Under the pieces are notes generated by a model, which worked only from the letters and a program-made list of their open reading frames with translations, was not told where the DNA came from and ran no database searches. Positions 25,055 to 38,500 of a DNA stretch of 64,000 bases are shown piece by piece. The position numbers and the translations under genes are program-made. The number at the start of each line of letters is the position of its first letter. Within the stretch, counting starts at the first letter, position 1. This DNA is from Phoronis australis (Eukaryota; Animalia; Phoronida): NCBI GenBank assembly GCA_002633005.1, contig NMRA01000133.1:614627-678626 (forward strand), in the 5' to 3' direction.

Positions 25055-25888
25055 TATTATCGATCATCATAAGCACCATTGTCGTTGTCGCCACTAACAT
25101 CACCTCCAACATCATCGTCATCACCACCGGCATTACAAGCACCGTCGCCGTCGCCGTCACCGTCATCACCACCACCACTAACATAACAGTCATTTTCATT
25201 GTCACCATCTCCGTTGTCGTTACAGTTTTTGTCATTGCTTTATCAATATTAAAATGTTGCATGTTGCTTTGACAGCAAGCTCTGTTTAAACACAAAACTT
25301 GGTTGCTAACATTCATGGGCCCCACACAAACACTGTATTTACTTGTGTAACGATCTATTGGTTGCCTTTTATATTTAACACTGATGATGATTTACTGAAG
25401 TTAAACCGAAAATTTTGTATCAATGTATATACTTGAACATGTATTTGGTCGTCAAAGGTCTTTTTTCTCCTATGCTATGTCTAACACTGTTGTTCTATTT
25501 TTGTTATTTCAAGTACAAAATCAGTAGTTGTTCAACGCGCGAAGACCAGTGAAGCAACTCTGACTGAATGGTCAAAAGTTGATATTGAATTTCTTCACAA
25601 GATTTATGTTTTGTGCATTGTTCAGTTACAGGTTTTCAGACAAAACTCCGAGGGTGTGGTGGGGCGAGTGACCTTGGCTGTGGGATAAGTGTTGTATCCG
25701 CCACCGACACAGGACAAGATCTTATCGAGGAGAAGTGTTTCTGCAAAGACCATCTTTGTAATGACACCACACACCAACACAGTACTGTATTCACAGTGGC
25801 CACCTTGGCTGGCCTCGTTTTCATACAGTTTTTTATATTGATGTTAACAATTAAACAGTACAACGACACTCATAAAGAGAAGTGGTAA
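21949..25888 (+). CDS. Ly6/uPAR (three-finger, quiver/sleepless-like) membrane protein, 145 aa. Exons 21949-21991 (less certain), 24627-24758, 25626-25888
   Basis: MLFTSFAVFSLISA|ASAITCYEDKCESSVKKPCSLFVGWKAKRVVCNHTCTITVTTNK|VTGFQTKLRGCGGASDLGC...EEKCFCKDHLCND plus a hydrophobic tail. Ten Cys, ITCY start, CxCxxxxCN end, phase-1 introns. Confidence 0.85.
24814..25210. repeat. Compound (CAT)n/(CAC)n/(CGT)n microsatellite in intron 2 of the Ly6 gene
   Basis: Directly visible trinucleotide runs; source of the poly-S/H/I and poly-D ORFs. Confidence 0.95.
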
Positions 25889-26211
25889 AAATCGCTGCAT
25901 CGGCGAGGAACGCTTCTTAGATGGGAGCAAAAAATGTCCACGTCCACATCAGTCTTACGGAACCAACCTCACCCGTTTTCAATGAAACGGCGACCACTCC
26001 AATGAGGCGATTTAGAAACATGAAGTTTTCGGACTACCATTTGCTGCGATTGACGCCACGTGCCTCGTTAGAGGGTTTTGCAATACTTTGCAACAACAGT
26101 TTTGCCAGTCCTAACGACCGCTCACAAAGATTACTCGCTGGTGTTTCCGTCTTCTGCAGATGTCTCGATGTTTAAAATCAATATAAAACAACGTTGTTTT
26201 ATGGATAATGA

Positions 26212-26236
26212 TTTATTTACAGTTGCAATAAATAAA
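26212..26236. terminator. Back-to-back polyadenylation signals between the convergent Ly6 and RhoGAP genes
   Basis: AATAAA on - strand at 26217-26212; AATAAA on + strand at 26227-26232 and 26231-26236. Confidence 0.5.
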
Positions 26237-26567
26237 ATAAGTTAGAAACGTTCCAACAGATCACATCTTCATTGTTTAGTTTAAAAGCCCGTATATACAT
26301 ATGACACGACACATCTCTAAAATACTGCTAAATCTAGTAACGGAATTCCTAGTCCGCTAAACTTTGGCTTAGTTATGTTGTAAAACTCGTAAACAATTCA
26401 TTTGAGTGGGACATAGTTTATTGAGTAACTTTCGACAGCTTTTTGGCAATATCAGAAACGTGAAAAATCAGTCGTATACAATAAACATGCGCTGTTTCGA
26501 ATTATGAATGGCAGCGCGAATATTTTACACTTACTCAACAAAATTTACTTCACCATAAATCGATTTC

Positions 26568-29500
26568 CTAAACTAATGTTTCGTGCTCACGCGAATCTTT
26601 TGCTATATATTTCCATTGTTCCCATCTGTTTTGCTGCCATTCTGATACTGAATTATTTCTTACTGGTGCCATAAGTGGTCGCTGCAGTGACGATGACGTC
26701 GACCCTGTACTACTGCGACGGCTGTCGGCGCAATTTGGAAACGAGTCTATTCGTTCGGTTCTCGGTGACCTACTTCGCGCTGGAACGGGACTCGAACCCC
26801 GTGACCTAGGAGAAGTGCCTAACAGGCAAGGCTCCTTATTGGCTGCGAGTTCATAAGACTTCCGGTGCGATGGTCGTGTTTTTTCAACACTGTAACCCCA
26901 TGACGTTTCAGAATCAGCCTTAACTGGACTGTGAATTGCACTATCTGGTGTAAGACAACCACGAATTCCACTGTCAGTGTCAGATACTAAGAATTCATCT
27001 CCTACCGTAGTAATTGTCAAATTTGGCGGGCGAAGTATGCAATGTTTTCGCGTCCTTGGTATCGTGGATTGCCTCTTTGAAGTCTTCGACTCTGAACACA
27101 GCGATGTATTGCGAATAACTTCTGTGGGATTTTTTGTGTCAAGAGAGTTGCGCTGTGTGTTGTGAGAGCCAACGTCATCGACAGAAACGTCATCCTCATT
27201 AAAATCAACATCACTTTCATTGCTGAAAATGCATAACATGTCGTTAGATAAGGGCTACAACCTATTTGAACAACACACAGCCATATTTCTCCTTGTCTGA
27301 AATCGTGACAATTAATACAGAGATTGACAAATTTATTACTACATGTAGTTTTCTGTCTCGGTTTTTCGTTCTCTGGGGGAAGTGTGCCACATAAACCACT
27401 CAAAAGGATGTATGTCCCAATATTTTCAGTCCCTAATTTCCAAGAAATTGAGAAAATAAGCATATTTCATTCATGTATGGGTTCAGAAGGAAACACCAGA
27501 CAATTTGATTTATATCGAAGAATTTTTATCTCCGCAGGTTATGAAAGAGCCAGTGATTTAAGAAGGGGTTCACTGGTCCAAAAAAGCTTAGTTTTAATGT
27601 TAAAAGTACATTTCATTCCCAATTACTATCTAAAAGATAAGTCACGAACTTTTCCAAATTTGTCTCGAAGTTCCTTCGCCAAAATAGCATTCATTTCTAA
27701 CATTAGAAAGTGAAGGGTCACTTGACAATGAATTGATGCGGCTTTTTGGAACTCATGGTACTTGCCAACGCCCTGGATGACATGTATTGAGAAGGAAATT
27801 ATTTTACAATGGTGTAGCTGGGTTTGAAACGTCATCGGTTCAGTTAAGGTGTGGAGTACGTGCGCGAACCCTGCCTAACATGTAGGGGGGCTCGAATTTT
27901 TGACAATGTGGACCTTTTATTAACAAAAAACGGGGACTAAAAAAACAGGGTACCACGTTCAGAGCTAAGAATTGTGCATTCGCGCCTTTTTAGTGGACCA
28001 TTGTCTCGCTTTCTTGGACTATTTGTTTCTCTGAGGCGGACCTTTTTGCCCATTTCGCCAAATGAGGGGGGGCTTATTCGAGCCCCCCTGGGTGCGCGCA
28101 TAGATTAAACAGGGAATGTACCATTAAGTAGGCTGGGTAAGACCATATTCAGTGGATCACATAGGTACAGAAATTTTCCAAGCATTGNNNNGGGGAAGTG
28201 TGCCACATAAACCACTCAAAAGGATGTATGTCCCAATATTTTCAGATCCTAATTTCCAAGAAATTGAGAAAATAAGCATATTTCATTCATGTATGGGTTC
28301 AGAAGGAAACACCAGACAATTTGATTTATATCGAAGAATTTTTATCTCCGCAGGTTATGAAAGAGCCAAAAATGGGTGATTTAAGAAGGGGTTCACTGTT
28401 CCAAAAAAGCTTTAGTTTTAATGTTAAAAGTACATTTCATTCCAAATTACTATCTAAAAGATAAGTCACGAACTTTTCCAAATTTGTCTCGAAGTTCCTT
28501 CGCCAAAATAGCATTGATTTCTAACATTAGGAAGTGAAGGGTCACTTGACAATGAATTGATGCGGCTTTTTGGAACTCATGGTACTTGCCAACGCCCTGG
28601 ATGACATGTATTGAGAAGGAAATCATTTTACAATGGTGTAGCTGGGTTTGAAACGTCATCGGTTCAGTTAAGGTGTGGAGTACGTGCGCGAACCCTGCCT
28701 AACATGTAGGGGGGCTCGAATTTTTGACAATGTGGACCTTTTACTAACAAAAAACGGGGACTAAAAAAACAGGGTACCACGTTCAGAGCTAAGAATTGTG
28801 CATTCGCGCCTTTTTAGTGGACCATTGTCTCGCTTTCTTGGACTATTTGTTTCTCTGAGGCGGACCTTTTTGCCCATTTCGCCAAATGAGGGGGGGCTTA
28901 TTCGAGCCCCCCTGGGTGCGCGCATAGATTAAACAGGGAATGTACCATTAAGTAGGCTGGGTAAGACCATATTCAGTGGATCACATAGGTACAGAAATTT
29001 TCCAAGCATTGTTCAATCTTCATACGAACGTGATCTACTGAAAGGCACTTTCGTTTTCATAACAACGAATTTCGTAAAACTTTTGTCCTTAGATATGTAT
29101 ATATTTCAGCTTGAGAGCACCCTATTAGTCCAGGATCTCAATTGTCTTCAAATAAGGTGGAAAAAGCGGATTGTGCATTTTTGTGAATAGTTTGTGAAAA
29201 ACCTACGTTGTCAATATGGCATAAAGAATGTCTATAAAAACCTACGTTGTCAATATGGCATAAAGAAAGTCTAGTAACAACTTGTTGATGCCGTGTATTC
29301 CACTTTTGTATGAGAGTCAATCAAGAGCAGGATACTTACGATTTTTATGAAGAAAAATCAAAATTTAACCTTCTGATGTCGTGCTATTACTTCTTTATCT
29401 ATGTAATTCTGAGTAAACGCAGCTGGAGCAAATAACAAGCACGCTCTGAACAATACCAACCAAAGCCCAACGGTCAGCGTTATGTAAAAGAAGAATACGA

Positions 29501-32500
29501 TCTGAGGAATTTTTTTGTTAACCCTTACCATATTTTATTCCTGAGGATGTAGTCGGCACATTCTGGTTCCATGTCCATCATCAGTTTGACTATTTCGTTG
29601 TATGTGTCGGCCTTGACCTAAAGGAAGAGTGACAGGTCACGTGCTTATGAAACTAGCTAATCACCGCCAGCTTGATTTAAACAATAGACTGCTGAATTTG
29701 TACTCAACTTTCATTGATTGTTTTGAGAGACGAATCCTATCATGTCTAAGTGACACACGTGTGACTTATCCACGTGCATGGTACACCGAAAGTTAAACAA
29801 GTGCGGGAAAATGTTGACAATACACCTGGGACGCGTTTTACCTGAACCAGTATTCTTGGTCCGTACATGTAGTTATTCCCGAAGAACTGTCTTGGTTCAG
29901 TGCCATCGAATGCAACTTGTAGTGTGACCCGGCGTGTGATTCCTCACTCATGAATATTTACATTCCACTGTCTATCCCGAATTAATTAGTTATTCGTACA
30001 AAGAAAATGTCTGTGTGCTGAAGGACGTGTTGGTAACAGTGTTACATTAATACGATGTCCTTTAGTTAATGAACTGAATGTTAACCTACAACAGCTTCTT
30101 TTCATGTTGTAAATAAGCAAATCGTATGGATATTGAAATTTGTCTTCACATCTCACACAATATTTCACTTGTGATCAACTTACATCAAACAACTCCTCTC
30201 GCATGTCGATCATATCTTTTACGACCTCGATGACGTCACGTCTGTCTTCTGCACGTTCCACAGTTTCTACCTGGAAGTCCACTCCACTTTTGGCCTTGTG
30301 AAGAAGATTTGGTCCAAATAATGTGGCGAGATTATGTGAATCCATTTTATTTCCAGGTGTCTGAAATAGAACTCCGTATTTAATAATGTAAACTTTAATT
30401 TGTTATTAATTTTCGATGAACCAGCTAATATGTGGAGTCTTCGCCGGTAGTGTTAGGTTTGAACAGAGATAAGTTATTAGATCTGCAAACGGAGCTGCAG
30501 GTGAGATGGACAGCATAAGGGAGACGTTGCCTCAAAGTGTTGGTGCCTGTATCATTTGCAGGTATACTTTAATTCCAAATATCTGTTTTTATTTATTTGG
30601 TATGGTTGTACTGGAAATGTATAAACGTGTGAGCTGCAGAAACACTGAGCATCATCGTGTTGTATTAGCCTACTTTCCATCCCTTAAGTTGACAAACTGA
30701 GCAATACAGGCATTTAGCTACGAACCTCAACTCCACTTTCATCACAGCTGTCACTGGAATGTTCTACCACGACTGAGAGAAAACTAAGTAAAGACCACAA
30801 GGTGTCTCTGTTTGGAGGCGGAAGTAGAGATATCAAACATTGCATTGCGGCTGTCTGCTGGTGTAGATCGGTGATTTCTGAAAGAATATTTGTTTTTATA
30901 GTGCTTTGGTTGATACTATCAGGCTAAAAAGCATAGTTGGTATTTTGATAATCGAGTCGTTGGTGTTGTATTATTTTAGTAGCTCAGTTTTTCAAAACAG
31001 AAAAAATGTACTTCAGAGACGATTAAAAATGATGCGGCGTTCGCTTGAGACTCATCGATTGGCAAATCATGGCGTCTCATACGTTGCTTGCTCTTGCTCA
31101 CGTGCCTCTGTGCACCATTTTAAAAAACCACCAGGCGTCCGTTTCATGAAAGTGACGTAAGAGAGAATTTTGGTGTTATGCTCCACACAGCTATTTGTGA
31201 TAAATAATTAAATATCACTTGATCAAAAGTGTGAGGTATGGGACAATATGCACATAACAGATAGTTACTGGGATAATTCCTATTATTTATTTCTGGACTG
31301 TGATGCGCTCATAATTACTTGCCCAAACCTTTTTTAAGCATTTGTGAAGTAGGAGCTTGCGAAGAAATTTCTGCATCACGTCTTGAGTCACTTTTCAAGT
31401 AACAGACCCCTGACCTTGGTTGAAACTCATGAGTCCTTGCGCTCTTTAGTCGATGGGCACAGCTTCCAAAATTAGTCAGGTACAGACCAAAATCTACTAT
31501 GCTTCTTGGCCTTATCTTAAAACCTCGAATTCTATACGAGAAAACTCATTGTGAGATAGAGGACTCGGTTAATCTGAAAATGATTGGTTAACAAAGCGTT
31601 TTAGAGCTACACTCTACCCCCAACCGCGGTTTCGAGATGCGCAAATGGACGACGATGATGCAAAATGGCTCCCATATTTTTACCACGATATTCAAGGCCT
31701 TCGATTAATTATTTAAAACAAACGCTTGCACTCAATGGGGCTTCTTGCAAACGACACTGGTCTTATAAAGCGTGTCTCGAAATTTTATAGACCCTAAGCT
31801 AAAAACCTTCACGAGTTTGCGACAAGCCTGTTTATATGAAAAATGACATGGTAGTCAATGAATTTACAGAAATTGTGGCCATTAAGGAATGACAAGTGAG
31901 CCGGTGCATTTACTATACCTAACGGTGGACAAGGGGACGGAAAGGACGGTGCACAGTCAATACACTTACTTCTAGTTGCAACGAATGGACTATAGAGGTC
32001 TCTAGTGAGCAGAGGTTCCGGGAGATCGCGAAAAAATTCTTTCAACAAAGCACCAACATCATGCGGGCTGTGCTCCGCTGTTAGCCGAACATCCTTCCCT
32101 GAGTCAAATTCTTCTCGGAGCTGTTTGGTTCTCTTCTTAGAACCGCCAACCCGAAAAATTCCTAATGTTTGCAAACCTGTAAAATATTATGGCACCTATA
32201 AACCTTGTTATCGGAGTCAAAGAAAATTTTGTTCACATGCAAATTTGATATTCCAAAGCAACGTCATCGCGTTCTAATTCTTCTGTTTGAATAGAAATTC
32301 GAGACAATAAAACGCATAAAATATCCTTGACGGCTGTACGGCTTCGACGGACGAAGTTGACCACATATAACGTGTTTGATCTATGAAAAAAACGGCGCTA
32401 GAATGGAAAAAATAAGATGAATAACTAGTTTAAAGCATTTTATTTTAACTAGGATATCTTAAGTCCAGTCCACATACAGACTTACTCTAGAACAACTTGC

Positions 32501-35500
32501 TCTGGTGCAATTTGTCCCACCTTAAGTGGAGCTTCCACACACACACATATGCGATAACTACGACAGTGCAAGGGGGAAGTTGTCGCGCTGTGCGCGTGAC
32601 AGTGAACAGTTCAATCCGATGCGAAAATGAAAACTCGTCTATGTAACCATACTGCAGCTGATAATTATTTCCGTCTTGCCCCAGGTTTGCAGCCACAAAG
32701 GGATTGGAAGTGGCGCCTGTTACCCTAGAACAAGTTACGCTACCTCGATAAGGTGGAGTAAGACGTCACAAGTGGGTCAAGTTGCACTACTTTAAGTAGG
32801 GTCTAGACAGCCCCCTAAAACCTAGCCACAACCAGTTCCAGGAGTAACTTGTTCTAGGGTCTGTGCGTGGACGGCTCTTAACCTTCTTAACTTACCGTTC
32901 ATTTTTAAATGTTGAAAGCAGCATTTAATGACATGAGGTATTTGTGGCGGCATTGCTGCAAGACTTTGTCTCCTTCTTTCCGTGTCAACCGCGACTTGTA
33001 GAGAGAGAGCTTCCACAAGACTTGGAGATCTTTCTACTCGCGGTGAACGATCGCCATCTTCGAGTAGGGAATCTCGACTGCCAGTCCTCTGGAAAATATG
33101 AAGTTCTCGAAGTAAGAGGACGGCAAACATGGATAAAAGTGTGTGTATGCACAAGAGTAACTGTTGTGTCAGGAAGTATTGGTTATAGTTCGATAACGGA
33201 ATGTGGGTAGATCGCGCATAACAATGTCACGTGACATATGAGATACTCAAATGTTTATTTAGAATATATTGGAAATATTTAATCGCAATGTCAGAAGGTC
33301 AAACAATTATTTTGAATTCCATTCAATTATTGGTTAAATCCAGAATTTATGAGCAGACCATCACGAGAGAGGCCTGGGTAGTTAACAAGGTTGTGAGTTA
33401 TAGAGTATCAACTGGAATGATCCTCGCAAAAATCTGTTGTTGTTGGCAACGCACGCATTGGTTCTGCATACATTTCATGTTATATTTATTAACCGTGAAT
33501 TTGACACTGCTTAATCATCACGCGAAAGCTACCAACGCCGGTAAGTGACGACCAGAGTCTAACATCCACTGGGAAAATATCAAGTTACAAAAGATTTTAC
33601 ACGAAATGTGAATGGAAAATTGAATCGTGTTTTACCCTAATAACAGATATTGCTAACAACCCTCAGCAACCTTCAAACGTTTGGATAAGTTTGAAAATTC
33701 TTTGCAAGTCTGCTAAATCCGCCATTGAAACCAAAGCTTCAGGCAAATATACGGCAGCAGGTAAAGACCGCTCGCCTCGAACCTCAACTCCACTTAGTGG
33801 TATAATGATGTATCTCTCAGAAATATACAAACCGTGCAATAGCACATGGCGGGACCAGTTTTTGGTAAAGTCACAAAACAGTAAGACTTTGAACACCTAT
33901 TTCATGCCAATCATTCAGATTTAATTGCAACAAGTTCACAATGGTAGTGAGTGGAATCGGTTATCTTTGTAATTAATGACTCTTATGTGCGGGTCCCATT
34001 GCGACTTAAAATGCGAAATTGCAAAGCAATGTACACATGTCCAACAAAGTGATTTAGAATTGGGAACAGAGAGATACATGACCCAACAGAGAGATCTATG
34101 TGCTGGAATGAAATTTATTTCAAGGGGAACGTTTGCGTTTATGAAAGGCCATTGAAAATGTCCAAATTTCACTAAATTCGGAACACCATATCTCAGAAAT
34201 AGCGCATCGGATTCAGATGTTGTGTTTTATACAGTGTGCTTCATAAAATTCTTAGGAATTGTTACTAAAATGTCCCATCTTTGCATGAGGAATTATAAAA
34301 AATTGAACTTTTTTCATGAAAAAGAGCTACACAGCGGCAAATTTTATCGCATTTTCTTGATTTTATTATAAATTGCCAGTTCCTAACAAAATGTCCCAGT
34401 CAAACTTAACTGAAATCGGTTGTTTCGTTGCTGCGGCGTCGTGAAAATGATCGACACAGGTGATGTTTAGTGTTGATCAAAGCTGGCGAGAAAAAGCCAG
34501 ACTCTCCCGAGTGTGTGAGAAAAACTGGCGAAGAACCGAAGAACGTTGGAGGAGTAACCTCTCTAGAATAAGCATTTGGGAACGAAATCGGCACAACAAA
34601 ACTTGCTTTCCTAAATGACAAAATGTGCTTTGAAAACTTGATAATCCATGCGGTGGTTTGGGGGAACTATTTCCAAAACACTGTGTTGTTAGACATTGCG
34701 CCTAAGATCGCGTGGTTCAACATCCGGGAAAGCCGAGCGCCTGGCATGGCAGAGTTTGCAAAAGCAAAAAAAAAACAAACTTGCGCAAGAAAATCACAAG
34801 CATTTTGATGAATTACTGTTAAAGTGTTGTCCGAGATAAATTCGTGTAATTCCATTTGTCTGTGCGCATTTTATTTATGCTTCATTGCCACCCATTACGT
34901 CACCTTAAGTAACCAATAGAAACTAAACGAGCAAATGACGTACTTCCTTCTATTTCTACTTACATTATCAACCGACTTTTCAGATGGGTCATCCTTATCC
35001 AACGAGCAAACTGAATCACAACTGGGACGTCTGAAAATGGAAGAGAGATTTTTTAGAAATTTTGTGAAGAATTTCACCCTGTATAAATGTACGACAAAAC
35101 GGAAATGGTAAGAATTCGTGAATGGTCAAAACCTTCAGTATCAGCATTAAGAAATTGTCGTAAATTGTTAACTCCAGGTTACTAGTCTTCAGTAGCTTTT
35201 CTTCTCCGACTGCTTGTCCATATTTCAGAGCTTCAATCTGAACCAACTTCATTACAATAACATAAATGGCAGCGTGCGCTATTCACTCAGTAACGATCAC
35301 AACAACAAAATTTAAAATCATGTCTTGACCAACGCTTGACAACACGTTCTGTTTAGTTTATTTTCAATATTACCTATATCCTTCTTTTTTCGTATTCCCA
35401 GACTCCACGTCCGTGCGTTCTTTAAGAAAGGACAAACGCCTGCGCTTAAGGACTGTATCGTTGGAAATGCACCTCCATAGTGGAATTCCAAAGACGTAAC

Positions 35501-38500
35501 CGGAAGTGCAGGCAGACGCTAAAACAAGCATAAACGGCAGAATTGCATGTTGATGCTTTACCTCCCTTTAACGTTGGATGACTGAGTTGGCATAGCAACG
35601 ATCGTGCATATGTAGGCCTACAGTCTGAACAACCGGGCACTTAAAAAAGTGTAGGTCCAAACAAACGACGTATAATTTTAAGGTGACGTGCATGAAGAGA
35701 GAACTGTGAAGGTGGTACTCTCTCGTAGATATTGCGTGAATGCCAATGCCAAGGTCGTGATCAGAAACACAGAACGTTGCAATATCAAGTCATTATGAAT
35801 TAGTGTTAGTAAGAAATCTATGAAGCTGCCGAAATTGTGTTTTCGGTCACAAAGAGCGTACATGAACATTGGTTTGCATGGATTAACGTTAAAGTATATA
35901 AAACACACGAAGTGTCAAAAGTTGTGTTCCTAGGCATACATTTCATTGCCCAGATGTAACTGGACAATGGCCATTTCCTTGACATTAGCCAACAAGGCGG
36001 CAGTTATAGAAAGTCCGTGTGTCAATATTTTAAGCTTTATTGGTTTTCAACTATGGCACGTCTGTGATATATGGTTTTTAAAAGTCACAGATATTAGATA
36101 CATCATCGGTGTTAAAAACTATACAATGCCTGGAAAAGATCAAGTCTCGTGAAGACGCGTGAATAGCACATCTTGCCAGAACTAAGGAATTAGACAATCA
36201 ATCTCTCTCGTTTTTGACAGACAACCAAGTCAACAACTTCTTTTGATTGTTGGGGGACTACAAATATGTCAATCATTTTTCTCATTTTCAATTATAGAAG
36301 GACCCCTATAATTATTTGAACCAGTATAAACGAAACCTCTACACTGCAATATCCAGGTGGCACAGTGCGTTTAAACACAAATAACTATACACAATGGCTA
36401 TTCGGTCTATTTCATATTCTTTAGAGTATAACGAACCAAATAACAAACCTGAACTAAGCTTAAGTGTTCACAATTTTTGTGCCATTGGAAAAATAGCTAA
36501 AAACTGAAAGTTGTTTATTTGAAGTTATTATAGATTCCACGCAAAAGAAAAATTGTGCAGTCATTATTTAAATTTCTTTCTTAAAAACTATAGTAAGTTG
36601 AAGAATTTCACATATAGCTAGCGATTGATCATGGAGTTTTAATTAGCCATAACAAATTATACCTTAGTATAGCTATGCGAGAAAAGACGTTGCCTACGCA
36701 TGGAGTTAAGGTGATCGATTGTAAATCGTTACAACACAGTTGCGCTGAATAAGTTTGGCATAAATCAATCGTATCTTTTCTTCACGATAACCAATAACTC
36801 GGCTGATTAACTAGATTACACACAACTGGTCTATTTTGACACTTGCTAGTCATTAAATCATCGAGGTCATTCATTGATTTCTAAACAAAAACTGGGTGTT
36901 TTACATGTATATGCCAGCTTTGCTGTTTTGGAAAAAGGCGTCAGTTTGTACACATTTAGAGGTCACGTGGTCGCACACTGTCTCGACCTCCCATTTGATC
37001 TTGTTCAAGTAAAAACGAGAACAGGAACAGAACAAACGTAGCTCATTCGGTTCTACAATAAACTTAGGAATAAATACAAAATCATCTGTCTACCCTACCT
37101 TTATTTTCTTTGTCTTTTCCTTTATCTTTGAAGTTGTCTTTAATATTATCTAAAAGTCCAGCCAAGTTAGTTGTATTTGAGCGTTTTCTTGAGATTGAGA
37201 AAATTCGCTTGCTCCGTTTGGAAAACCCATCTCCTGCAAGAAAAATGTTTAGAATGTTCCTTACAGTGATAAGCTAGAAAGAGGGAAACGTTCTACAGCT
37301 TAATCCATCTACGTGAGCTTTAAGTTAACTTCTGATCTCAACGGACTCATCGTTTAAGTTTGCAGTTTTCGTATATTTTCTCATGAAACTTATTTCTGTT
37401 CGAAGGCGAAGAGAGATTATTTTGTTCATCCCGATATGAAAATTATTTGTTGACTGGTAGTCAGTGAAATGTTCTACCCTGTTATCGTGGAAAGTTAAGT
37501 TAAGTTTCTTACACTTCTTTTAATTCCACATTCACCGCCAAGCCACCGTGCACTTACCTTTAGGAACAGTGACGTTACATCCAAGTTCTATCGCTTGAAG
37601 TTTCGTCATGGCTATTTTGATGAGAAACTGCCTTTCTTTTTCAGAGAGGTCAAGCACGCTAGTGCTGCTTACGACAACCTTTTGACCTTTCGCGTTGGAC
37701 CACGTGCAGTAGCTCTGCAAAGCCAGTGGTTGAGTGTTTTCGGAATTTCAGTTGAAACAGACATGGTACAAACGTATTATACCTGCACGAGATGGTTAAT
37801 TTTCTGATCTTACAAGTAATCTATTTTAGTGCTCTGTTACGGGACTCCGTGAAACTTTGTCGGCCTTACCACCTTCCCATTCATAACAGACATACTTTTT
37901 CGGACACAGGTAGAAAAACGGTTAAAAATGTGACAATTTTCTTCAATGAAACCCCTCACGGGTGGGCGCTAACATCTTTCGGTACCCCTGCAGGGCAGCA
38001 TGAAGGTTATTCAGATAATCTGGGATCTGTTTCTTGAAGAACCTAATGTCTTTTGACTTCCGGTTTAAGATCAGTCTACGGATGGCTTAGCCAGTTTCAC
38101 GAACATCGGGCTAAGCATGAAAGCGAGAAAAAAATCTGACTATAACTCGAAATCAAGAGACAAAAATTCTCACTTTTCAAACGTAAGCCAAGTTTCTGAA
38201 ACCGTGAAGTTATGCTGTAAAAATCCTTTTTGTTATCGTTTCATTTTTAAAACAGTGTTCTTTTGTGAGACACTTGTAATTTTCATTTGCCATGTATTTT
38301 CTTGTATATTTCTTGTATTTCCTGTACTTGTTTCAGCTCATTAAAAAAGTAAACGGTAAGGATTATCGCCGCCCGGGTCGGAAGATATTAACTGTTACCA
38401 CCAATTTCGTGTCGCCCTTCCTTGGTCGCCGCCAGTTTTGTGACACCGCAACGCTCGCCGGTCGCCACCCCTTCCAAACCGTCACCAATGTTTGTCGCTG

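Noticed and set aside
24697-25325. 191-aa and 142-aa poly-S/H/D proteins
   Set aside because: Translations of an intronic trinucleotide microsatellite.
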